A stretch of DNA of 63,468 bases, the filler included, from Octopus bimaculoides (Eukaryota), in NCBI RefSeq assembly GCF_001194135.2. It is 7 parts of 7 records of this genome, joined end to end, with 100 filler letters (N's around TTAATTAATTAA, not from the genome) between each part and the next. Parts side by side here need not be neighbours in the genome. Positions count along the whole stretch, not along the records: positions 1 to 21,349 come from NC_069004.1; positions 21,450 to 38,701 come from NC_068981.1; 5 more parts are not named here. The stretch is one strand, 5' to 3'. The notes under the pieces are model-generated. The model made no database searches. It saw only the letters and a program-made list of their open reading frames with translations, and was not told where the DNA came from. A program made the position numbers and the translations under genes. This document shows positions 12,549-23,242 of this stretch, one piece after another (the first letter of the stretch is position 1; every line of letters begins with the position of its first letter).

Positions 12549-12979
12549 ATTCTTTTCTACTCTAGGCACAAGACCCGAAATTTTTGGAGAGGAGACCAGT
12601 CGATTAAATCGAACCCAGTACGCAACTGGTTCTTAATTTATCGACTCCGAAAGGACGAAAGACAAAGTCGACCTCGGCGGAATTTGAACTCTGAACGTAA
12701 AAACAGACGAAATACTGCTAAGCATTTCGCCCGGCGTACTAACGTTTCTTATTTCTTTATTGCCCACAAGGGGCTAAACATAGAGGAGACAAACAAGGAC
12801 GGACAAAGGGATTAAGTCGATTACATCGACCCCAGTGCGTAACTCGTACTTAATTTATCGACCCCGAAAGGATGAAAGACAAAGTCGACTTCGGCGGAAT
12901 TTGAACTCAGAACATAGCGGCAGACGTAAAACCGCTAAGCATTTCGCATGGCGTGCTAACGTTTCTGCCAGCTCGCTGC
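12549..12979 (-). mobile_element. SINE family A dimer (tail 1 unit + tail 2 unit)
   Basis: Same dimer layout as 29882-30313 and 15430-15850. Confidence 0.9.
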
Positions 12980-13820
12980 TATGCTCATACATGCACAAAG
13001 ATAAATGCACGCTTTCACTTTGTCCGCCATATTATCTGTGCAGAATTCGGAAGACGACATATTTGATTTAATTATTTCGGCAAATACTGGCGACCAGTTA
13101 TTTATTCTATACATTCGTTCGACTCGTTTCTTCTGCTCTTTAATCTTGCACTGCTATAACAACGATAGATCGGTTTCAGATTTCCATGTGATTATTACCT
13201 GGAGCCTCTTAGGCCCAGGTTATCTGCATGAAAAAACTTCCCTCCAACTATGAAACGAGTGTATCTGTGTTAGATTAACGCCGTCAGACGTGAATGCAGT
13301 TGTTGCTGTATCTATTTCGACCAGCGTGTGCGCGGATACGTCTGTGTGCGTGCGCAGATACGCGCGTGTGTGTGTGTTTTAGTGATTAACTCTGTCAGAT
13401 GGCGAATGCAGTTGTTCCTGTATCTATTTCGTTAAAACAAGTAATTCATTTGCCACACAAAGCAGGTTTTTGTCAGACGCTAGGTTGGAGAAATCTCATC
13501 GTAATTCAAAAATCCTGCTATCTATTCTCTGTACTATAACGGTCATATATCTCGAAAAGTTTGCGTTGGGTCCCCCCCCCCCAATATCTAAAATAAACAG
13601 GGTGGAGTGGGGATGTTGTGAATGTTTATTCACCTATTCCTATACGTATGAGATAAATAAAGCGAATATATCGTTCCAGCCCCGCCGTCCCAGTACCAAA
13701 TATTATGTTCAAATAAATGAACAAGGGACGAGTAAAGAGTAATTAAAATACTTAAGCAGACGTAAACTCGCAAACGTTGACATGATATTATGCTACTTGG
13801 CCATTTTGGATCCAAAATAT

Positions 13821-14224
13821 TGATTTCAAATTTTGTCCCAAGCCCAGTAATTTAAGGGAAGGGCGTAAGTCGATTACATCAATCCCACTGCTCAACTAGT
13901 ACTTATCGACCCCGAAAGGATGAAAGACAAAGATGACCGCGGCGGATTTTGAACTCAGAACGTAAGGACGAATTAAATGCCTCTAAGCAGCCTGGCGTCC
14001 TAACGGTTCTACCAGTTCACCGCCTTATTTCGGGACCAAAATATTGGTTTCAAATTCTGGCACAAGACCAGCAATTTTGGGGAAGGGCGAAACTCGATTA
14101 CATCGACCTAAGCATTCAACTGGTACTTATTTTATCGACCCCGAAAGGATGAAAGGCAAAGTCGACCTCGGCGGATTATGAACTCAGAACGGTGTTCTAC
14201 CGATTCTGTCAGTTCGCCGCCTTA
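13821..14224 (-). mobile_element. Two tandem SINE family A copies with a triplicated target site
   Basis: Units 13821-14027 and 14045-14224; TTTTGGATCCAAAATAT-like 17-mer at 13804, 14028 and 14225. Confidence 0.85.
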
Positions 14225-14456
14225 TTTTGGATCCATAATATTTAAAGAACCTCTTTTGTGGTCACTCAGCTTGCAAGAATCTACAGTCAAATACCCTCAA
14301 ACCGCATCGTGGCATCGTCTTTATACGTGTGTGTGTGTGTGTGTGTGTGTGTAGGACAATGCCTCAGACATGCAAAAATAAATGACAGGATGGTCACGAC
14401 TGGAACACATCTGCTAAATCAGGAATGACCTGGGGGCCACTGTGTGTGTATGTGTG

Positions 14457-14640
14457 TACGAGGGGATTCGGGAAAGTTCCTGACTTTGGGTAAAACAAAA
14501 TACAGGAGGATCAGTTAATTATGATTTTATTCAACATATTCCCCTCTGAGATTCTTACACTTATTACAGTGGTCCTACGGTTTTTTCTAAGTAAGCCCCG
14601 TAAAAGAACTCAGAAGGGTTGGGCCTCCGACCAGCCCTTT
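14457..14640 (-). mobile_element. mariner 3'-end remnant
   Basis: Minus strand reads EAQPSEFF..DHCNKCKNLRGEYVE*, then TIR (plus-strand CGAGGGGATTCGGGAAAGTTCC). Confidence 0.7.
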
Positions 14641-14844
14641 CTCGATACCCTTAAAGCCTGGAACTTTTCAGCGTTCCCTCATACACATGTACATACGACA
14701 TCAGTATTTGTCAGGTACTTTATGGAGATCCTGGAAGGATACAAAAAAAAGGCCAAAAATTGACCCCTGAGCAATTTGGACTTAGAAGGGCGGGAACAGA
14801 GACGGTCATTGAAGCAGTAAGAGAGAGAAAGCGCGATGAAATAA

Positions 14845-14846
<2 letters not shown>

Positions 14847-14908
<62 letters not shown>

Positions 14909-14925
14909 CGCGCGTGTGTGTGTGT
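14847..14925. repeat. (GT)n microsatellite
   Basis: Direct sequence. Confidence 0.95.
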
Positions 14926-15429
14926 GAACAAGTAATTGGTAAAGAAGTCTTTACTAATTAACTTAAAGGTTATCCTTTCTTGGATGTTGTCTAAGACATT
15001 TGAAGTAGTAGTAGTAGCAACAGTAGCAGCAGTGACCCAGTTACTATAACAAGGGGTCATACTTGACCTTTGTAGGGAGTCAGCAACTGAACAGAGCTAA
15101 AGATATTTCCTGACCCCTAATAGGATGGTGGGGGGGGTAATCTTTGTGAGTGAAATTTTGCAAATGGAGTCGTCTGTGTTGTTTGTTAAACCCCAGGTTT
15201 AGCCTTCATCCACCACAACCGTGATCGAAAAAGAAAAGATTCCGACCATGAACATCCCATCTTTCAAGGTCCTTTCCTTCTTGATGTAAAAGCTCCCTCG
15301 TTTGTTCGTTTCGATAATGTGAAAGAGTATTGCAGCCCGGTACAAACTGGTGTAATGCTTTACAGTACTGTATAGTACAATGCAGTATACGGCAGCGCTT
15401 GGCGTAGTTGCCGTATGTTTAAAGCATCA

Positions 15430-16074
15430 AAGGAGGCGAGCTGGCAGAAACGTTAGCACGCCGGGCGAAATGCTTAGCGGTATTTCGTCTGCCGCTACGT
15501 TCTGAGTTCAAATTCTGCTGAGGTCGACTTTGCCTTTCATCCTTTCGAAGTCGATTAAATAAGTACCAGTTACGCACTGGGGTCGATATAATCGATTTAA
15601 TCCCTTTGTCTGTCCCTGTTTGTCACCTCTATGTTTAGTCCCTTGTGGGCAGTAAAGAAATAAGAAACGTTAGCACGCCAGGTGAAATGCTTAGCGGTAT
15701 TTCATGTCTTTACATTCTGAGTTCAAATTCTGCCGAGGTCGACTTTGCCTTTCATCCTTTCGGGGTTGATAAATCAAGTACCAGTTACGCACTGGGGTCG
15801 ATCTAATCGATTGGTCCCCTCCACCAAAATTTCGGGCCTTGTGCCTATAGTAGAAAAGAATGGTTTTGCATGCCAGGCAAAATGCTTAACGGCATTTCGT
15901 CCGTCTTTTCGTTCTGAGTTCAAATTCCACCGAGGTTGACTTTGCCTTTCATCCTTTCGGGGTCGGTAAATTAAGTACCAGTTGAGCACTGTGGTCGATG
16001 TAATCGATTTAGCGCCCCACCCCACCCCCTGCTTCTGAAATTGCTAGCCTTGTTCCAAAATTTAAAACCCAATA
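15430..16074 (+). mobile_element. SINE family A trimer: dimer plus a third unit, three different 3' tails
   Basis: Three B-box/core units ending TAAAGAAATAA, GTAGAAAAGAA and AAAATTTAAAACCC. Confidence 0.9.
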
Positions 16075-16488
16075 TGTTTAAGTCTCATATGGATGCAAAT
16101 TCAAACGCTGACATGGTATTCTGATATTCCAGTTATTTCAATATACCCTGTATTCTTCTATTCCAGTTTTGCCTCATGTAAAAACACACGAAAACCTACA
16201 AAACTATCAAAAAATGTCGCGAAAAGGAAAATAGGAAGAAAATAAAAATATATAAATAAATAAGAATTGAAAAACGGAGTTGATAAACCTTTTAGTGTAA
16301 CAAATTAGTAACAGGAAATATTCTACACTGCTTCACACCTCTCGCTTATTCGCTCTCTTTCTTTCTTTCTTTCTCTCTGTCTCTGTCTTTCTTTCTCCTC
16401 TATCTCTCGCTCTATTTCTTTCTTTCCATCCGCATTTCTCTCTCCCACCCCATCACTTTTATCTATGAAAGTTCCCACTCTCCATCCA

Positions 16489-16531
16489 CTATCTATCTAT
16501 CTATCTGTCTATCTATCTATCTATCTATCTG

Positions 16532-16594
<63 letters not shown>

Positions 16595-16596
16595 CT
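16489..16596. repeat. (TCTA)n microsatellite running into an assembly gap
   Basis: Direct sequence. Confidence 0.95.
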
Positions 16597-17117
16597 NNNN
16601 NNNNNNNNNNNNNNNNNNNNNNNNNNNNNNNNNNNNNNNNNNNNNNNNNNNNNNNNNNNNNNNNNNNNNNNNNNNNNNNNNNNNNNNNNNNNNNNNNNNN
16701 NNNNNNNNNNNNNNNNNNNNNNNNNNNNNNNNNNNNNNNNNNNNNNNNNNNNNNNNNNNNNNNNNNNNNNNNNNNNNNNNNNNNNNNNNNNNNNNNNNNN
16801 NNNNNNNNNNNNNNNNNNNNNNNNNNNNNNNNNNNNNNNNNNNNNNNNNNNNNNNNNNNNNNNNNNNNNNNNNNNNNNNNNNNNNNNNNNNNNNNNNNNN
16901 NNNNNNNNNNNNNNNNNNNNNNNNNNNNNNNNNNNNNNNNNNNNNNNNNNNNNNNNNNNNNNNNNNNNNNNNNNNNNNNNNNNNNNNNNNNNNNNNNNNN
17001 NNNNNNNNNNNNNNNNNNNNNNNNNNNNNNNNNNNNNNNNNNNNNNNNNNNNNNNNNNNNNNNNNNNNNNNNNNNNNNNNNNNNNNNNNNNNNNNNNNNN
17101 NNNNNNNNNNNNNNNNN

Positions 17118-17154
<37 letters not shown>

Positions 17155-17158
<4 letters not shown>

Positions 17159-17290
17159 CTTGTTTCAGACATTAGACTGCAACCACATTGGAGCACCGCC
17201 ATGAAGAATATTTAGTCGAATGAATCGACCCCAGTACTTTTGTTTTTTAAAGCCCGGTACTTATTCTATCGTTCCCTTTTGACGAACTTC
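17155..17290 (-). mobile_element. SINE family B 3' tail
   Basis: CTTGTTTCAG..GGAGCACCGCC..GTACTTATTCTATCG motif shared with 41850-42020. Confidence 0.75.
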
Positions 17291-17484
17291 TCCACGCGAT
17301 CACTTCGACACCTGACGTGTAGTTCACCGTGCACCTTTTCAGACGACTCCTTCTTCACAGAAGGGGGTGAACTCATGTACAACACAAACATTTTGATCAC
17401 TATAAACAAGTTATTTGTGCAGGCAGTTCAGCAAGAAATTGCAGAACCGTCTTTCTCGGACTACGAGAGACTACTCATCATTAT

Positions 17485-18195
17485 GATATCAGCGGGCTGC
17501 GAATTATTTTTTCCCTCCACGAGCGTTCCGCACCCAGTTATGAACTTATTTGCATACAGCCAATCAGAGCTCAATTATCAAACTAGTGTCCACCTAGTCA
17601 CGAAAATATTCTGGTTGAGTTCAGTGGCAAATTTGCGTTATAACAAAATCCAACTTTTCTAAACGGGTTAATAGGAGTGACAAATGTGAAATTTAGTGTA
17701 TAAAGTGAAAGGGGAGCTGTTCACCGATGATGCCATAAGTGTTGCCAAGTTGCGTAATTTACTAGAAAATGTAAATGAGTGTAGTTTCCTAATATTTTGA
17801 TTGATTTTGTACATCGCTAATTTAAAATGTTGGTTTTGATCTGGAAACATCGTAATCAATAGGGCGTTGTGTCGTATTGCGTCCTCCTTGCATATATCAA
17901 TGGGTACACGTAGTATCGCTAATCTCAGTCTGAGCATAGGTACCTAATGTTAATTCCATATAGAGATGGTGCTCCATTGATCTATGAGGATGGGGGTTGT
18001 GGATGTGGTGCTTATGTGAGACCTGCTATGCTGTACTCACAGAGTGACATACACCATTCTATGCCTCACTGGCTGTACTGTAGTAGTACACAGTATGTGG
18101 ATTTTCAAGGTGAGCTCTGATTGGCTGTATGCAAATGAGTTCATTACTGGGGTCCGGAACTCTCGTAAGAAAAAAATTTCACCAGCCTTGCTATC
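17485..18195. mobile_element. Element bounded by about 85-bp inverted repeats carrying octamer and CCAAT motifs
   Basis: 17485-17573 is the imperfect reverse complement of 18111-18195; core ATTTGCATACAGCCAATCAGAGCTCA is perfect. Confidence 0.55.
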
Positions 18196-18930
18196 AACGG
18201 GCACCCATCAACCCAGTTTCAGTACATGATATAAGATATGTAAACTTTTATAGTAGATATATAAATAGAGCAAATTTATCACACACACACATGTGGTTTC
18301 AGTCCCGGAGGTTAAAAAGAAAATTCTATGGGTGCTACCCCTCCTCTCTTAACCAATCATAAGCGTACTTAGGATTACATTATTTAATGTGTTTTTCCCC
18401 ATTTCCTTTCCTTAAGGCGGTAACGTATGATTACGGGAATATTTGGTTGCTATTACTCGCCAGTTCAATGACCAAGCGGATGTTTCTCTCACCATCAAAT
18501 ACAACCGATAGTAGACCGCCTAACTGTCAATATGGCGACTACGATTTGAAGCAAGCAAAAAATATAGAATTGCTTATGTTGAAATTTATCTTCTGTTGAA
18601 TGTTCGGTGGTGAAGCAAAGATAAACTACTTCTAAATGTTTATCTTGACAATAAGCGGCAATAAACTACATTTACTCCTAATTCAAATTTATCGGGAGCA
18701 GTTACAATGAAGATGTTGCTGGTGAGTCGATTCATTTAGGGATTCTGCGCTTCATTTCATATTCCAGTCACAATTTTTATCTTTTAACAGGATCGCCTTG
18801 CTATCAGGAAGATCAAGTCGCTCAAACTTCCTAGAAATATTCTACCACCCATAAACCATCCTTTTACCAAATTGCTCTATCAATTTTCTTCGGTTTCAGT
18901 TTCGCAGTCGTTTCCAATAATAATAATAAT

Positions 18931-19303
18931 AATAAGAGCACTCAGAGAGCGCAAACCTCCTCCAAGGCAACGCCAACGTCCTCGCAACAATTAGCCAGAG
19001 ATGACTTTTAAAATGAGAATATCTGAAATAATCTCGACTGCTCTCAGAAACGAGAATATTAAAAATGAACCCAACCGCTCTCAAAAATTAAGTAAAAAAA
19101 ACAAAACAAGAAAAATAATCCAGAATCCTTGTCCGGTACCGGATCGATCCCAAAATCTAATCAGTTCGCGCCAGTCACGAAGCCAAACATCTCTGAAAGT
19201 TACATCCGAATCAACCCTGCGGTTCTCGAGATATTTTGTCCACTGACAAATAAACAAATACGACTGAAAACAATACTTACGCCTTAGCAAAGGCGGGGGT
19301 AAT
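18931..19303 (+). mobile_element. Helentron-associated (DINE-1/HINE-like) non-autonomous element
   Basis: Starts AATAAGAGCACTCAGAGAGCGCAAACCTCC; ends with CGCCTT-AGCA-AAGGCG hairpin then GGGGTAAT; internal GGTTCTCGAGATATT motif. Confidence 0.6.
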
Positions 19304-19311
19304 GATTATAA

Positions 19312-19568
19312 TAATCTTGTTTACTATAGGCAAAAGCATCAATTTTTTTTTGTGGGTGGTGGTAAATCGATTACCCCGATTCTAGTGCTTCACTGGTACT
19401 TAATTTATCGACCACGAAAGGATGAAAGGCAAAATCGACCTCGGTGGAATTTGAACTCAGAANNNNNNNNNNNNNNNNNNNNNNNNNNNNNNNNNNNNNN
19501 NNNNNNNNNNNNNNNNNNNNNNNNNNNNNNNNNNNNNNNNNNNNNNNNNNNNNNNNNNNAGCTCGCCG
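19312..19568 (-). mobile_element. SINE family A copy spanning a gap
   Basis: Core before the gap; AGCTCGCCGC head remnant after the gap. Confidence 0.8.
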
Positions 19569-20744
19569 CTCTATATCTATCGCACCATTCCCTTGTCTCT
19601 AATTCTAATATATCGCTTTCCGCAATCTTTCGTTTGTCTGTGCCAATCCTTCCTAAATTCCTCCTTTTTTCGTATCACAACCTGATACCTTTTTTTTTCC
19701 TTACTCAGCTTAATTCACCCAAATTTACAATATATCGCATTTGCTCTTCCTCTCGAATTGGAAATACCGAACCAATGGGCTCCATTATTAACCCTCGTTA
19801 CAACAGTAAATTCCACAACCGAAAGAAGCGGAGATATTTGGCACTCCGTCGATTACGACGTCGAGAAACCGGGAAACCGGGCCCATGAGCTTGGCTAGGC
19901 TTTAAAAGGGCGCATAAATAAATAATAATAATGCATTATAATATATAATATAATATTACAATGAATAATAAAGTTGAAATTCACAGCATTGTAATGTCAA
20001 TTACCAGACACACACACACGCACGTAGATGTATGCACACATACATATATACATACATATGCACACATATATAATACATGCATACACAGACACACATATAT
20101 AGATGCACACGCATATACATACTAACTTATATGCATATTCACGCACGCACACACACATACAGTTTGCAGTTCGCCAGATGTCTTTGGTACAAATGACCTC
20201 ATTCGATGAAGTCATTTGTACCGAAACGGTCTTGCAAACTGTGAACTGGAACATGAGATACTCCGTTGTCACCCGTGTTGAGTCCTTCCTTTGGGTATTC
20301 ATGCCCACACATACACATGCACGCATGTATGTGCGTGTGTGTATGTGTGTGTGCGTGTATTTATGTTACGTACATTCCCTACATATGCACCCTTCATTTA
20401 CACACGATGGTTTGTATTAGCAGACGATACTCTGTACCAAAAAAGAGGAGACATAAATGTCATCATGTTCAAAATTTTTCTTCTTTTTATCACAAATTCT
20501 TACTCTATATACAGATATTTATTTACTTATTTTTTGACACCCATCTTCCCTTCCACCTCTCTCTTACCCCATCTTTCTCCCCCACTTTCACACACACACA
20601 CACACACTCTTACTCTCCTCATCCCTCTACTCTTTCCTTTATCCCACCTCCTTTTTGCGTTATTTCTCTCTCAGTTTATCCTTCTTTGTCTCTTTGTATC
20701 ATTCCTTTTCTCTCTTTCTGTACTCGTTTTCTCTTTTCTCTTGT

Positions 20745-20775
<31 letters not shown>

Positions 20776-21156
20776 ATACATATATACACATACACGAATG
20801 TATGCATGCGATTCCTCTATCCTATTTATCTCACCCCACACATCTCTATGTATTTTTCTCCGCTCTTCTCTCTCTGAGCACCTCTCTATCTATCTATCTA
20901 TCTACTGCACCATTCCCTTCTCTCTAGTTCTCATGTATCTCTTTTAATAACCCTTCGGCTGTCTGCCGATCTTTCCTTAATTCTTCCTTCCTTCGTATCT
21001 CATCTTGATACTTTTCCTCTTATTCAGTTTAATCCACCCCAATTTACAATATATCACACTCACTATTCCTCTCTCACTTATACCCGCTCTCTACCCTCAT
21101 TTTTACAGTCAAGTTTGTCGAGGGTGTATACAATAATGATGATAATAATAATAATC

Positions 21157-21349
21157 CTTTCTATTATAGGCACAAAGCCTGAAATTTTGGGGGAAGGGGA
21201 CCAGTCGATTTCATCGACCCCTGTTTTTTCACTGGTACTTAATTTATCGACCCCGAAAGGATGAAAGACAAAGTCAACCTCGGCGGAATTTGAACTCAGA
21301 ACGTAAAGACAGACGAAATACTATCGACCCCGAAAGGATGAAAGACAAA
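21157..21349 (-). mobile_element. SINE family A copy running into a gap
   Basis: Family A core and tail 2. Confidence 0.85.
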
Positions 21350-21534
21350 NNNNNNNNNNNNNNNNNNNNNNNNNNNNNNNNNNNNNNNNNNNNTTAATTA
21401 ATTAANNNNNNNNNNNNNNNNNNNNNNNNNNNNNNNNNNNNNNNNNNNNGTAAACACACCAGCATCGGTTGTCAAGCGATGATGGGGGGACAAACACAGA
21501 CACACAAACACCTATATATATATATATATATATA

Positions 21535-23072
21535 AGATCTGACAAAGAAAGAAATAGATTATTTCACCAACTTTACACGTAAACTTAGTCTTTTTATACG
21601 GCTACCTAATATACACACGGGCAAGAAAGCTAATGAAACCTGCAACTAATTACCAGGCGAATATATAAATAACTAAGCGCCAGAATATCTAAAGATATGA
21701 TCCATTATAACTGCCTTAGCCTGTGAAACCCACCACCTAAGCAATGTTCTAGACGTCCTACTGAAAACCTTGCTGAATTAAATCAAATATTTCATTAGAT
21801 AAGATCTAGATATGCTAGAGCACCTACCAAAATCAAGTAATGAAGAGGCCTTATTCGTTTCTTTCGATGTTATTAATCTTTACTCTAGCATCCCACATGG
21901 CTATGGAATAGAAGCAATCGAGGTCTGGTTTGGAAAGTACCCCGGAGTACTTCCGGAACGCATAAACCATGTCTTTCTTATTGAATCTTTAACATTTATA
22001 CTTCAGAACAGTTCTTTCCTATTTGATGGCACATACTATCGCCAGAAATTCGAATTTGCGATGGGAACGAGAGCGGCCCTTCTTCTTGCGAACCTAAGGT
22101 CAACATCACGTAGCACCACAACTCATCTCAAAACACTACTGTCTATATCAACTCACAACCCTAGAAACAATGAGGTGCAAAATCTACCTATATTCACTAG
22201 AGATCCAAAAACGAACAGCATTCTGAAAATATAAATTCATCAAATGCGAAAAGCAACACAAACCGCTAAAAGCACTTCTAACAAATGCGAAGCTTTACGT
22301 AACAAACAAGAAACCAATTGTTAAGAAAGGTGGACGCCCAAACTGTACAACATGTTCCAACCTACTGGAAGGCTCGGACTTCCTATTCAAACAAGGAGAG
22401 AGGTTGACAATGAAAACGAACTTCACTTGGGCTTCCCTAAATCTAATTTGTTATAACTTGCTTAGGTTGTGGACAGACAGTATGCCACTGAGACAGAAAA
22501 CCACATTACGTAAGGAACAGATCCGGTTCCCACAATCCAGACATATCTCTTTGAGTGAACTCATACAGAGATAAGCAAGTAATATCCAAACAAACTTCAG
22601 TTTCCCCATCTACCATTGCAAAGAATCAATTTCTAGGCAAGAACATTTAACTAAAGAAAATCTCTTCTTCGAAAACTACAGAACACCTCTGAATAGATAG
22701 GCACAACCAATTTTGTTCTGAGTATATATTTTAATCCATGATCTCATACATGTCATTGTACATATTTCTTCTCACTCTTCAACTTTGGAGTTTTTGTGTA
22801 TAATTATTCCCTCCCGAAAGATGAACAATCACCTCCCTTGTCCCCATTAATAACGATTATCAGTTACCTCCCCTTAGATTATTCCACTTGTTGAATCATT
22901 CATTCATAAACTTCTCCGCAAACAACATGGACTAAAATCTTCTTAAGATGATGCAATATTACAAAAATTTCAATGTTATGAAGCGAAAAGCGAAACCGGT
23001 CGACAAATGCAATATATAATATATGAAAATAAATATTAAAACTATGCAAAATATGTACAGCTTCGTTCTTTT
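21535..23072 (+). mobile_element. Penelope-like retroelement (Neptune-like), 5'-truncated, internally deleted, decayed
   Basis: RT: FVSFDVINLYSSIP and YYRQKFEFAMG (ORF 21812-22234); CxxC linker GRPNCTTC and GIY-YIG region NLI..ITCLGCGQ at about 22330-22560; C-terminal endonuclease placement; hammerhead remnant in the 3' region. Confidence 0.85.
22974..23005 (+). ncRNA. Degenerate minimal type I hammerhead ribozyme
   Basis: TGT-TATGA-A-GC-GAAAA-GC-GAAA-CCGGTC-GACA; GAAA, palindromic ACCGGT and GTC site intact; CTGATGA damaged. Confidence 0.55.
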
Positions 23073-23202
23073 NNNNNNNNNNNNNNNNNNNNNNNNNNNN
23101 NNNNNNNNNNNNNNNNNNNNNNNNNNNNNNNNNNNNNNNNNNNNNNNNNNNNNNNNNNNNNNNNNNNNNNNNNNNNNNNNNNNNNNNNNNNNNNNNNNNN
23201 NN

Positions 23203-23242
<40 letters not shown>

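Noticed and set aside
15430-16074. Regularly spaced repeats resembling a CRISPR array
   Set aside because: The units are tandem SINEs of about 200 bp with no unique spacers or cas genes, in a eukaryotic context
16465-17202. Long ORFs through N-gaps and microsatellites (also near 27.0, 31.2, 33.8, 42.3, 45.3, 56.1 and 58.8 kb)
   Set aside because: Open only because Ns and dinucleotide or tetranucleotide repeats lack stops
17240-17662. 140-aa ORF with an acceptor at 17342
   Set aside because: It runs from a SINE tail through an inverted-repeat element and has no credible donor
21394-21405. TTAATTAATTAA 12-mer recurring six times (also 38746, 48330, 52507, 59718, 62266)
   Set aside because: It is always embedded in N runs and gives stops in all six frames, so it is an assembly gap spacer, not biology
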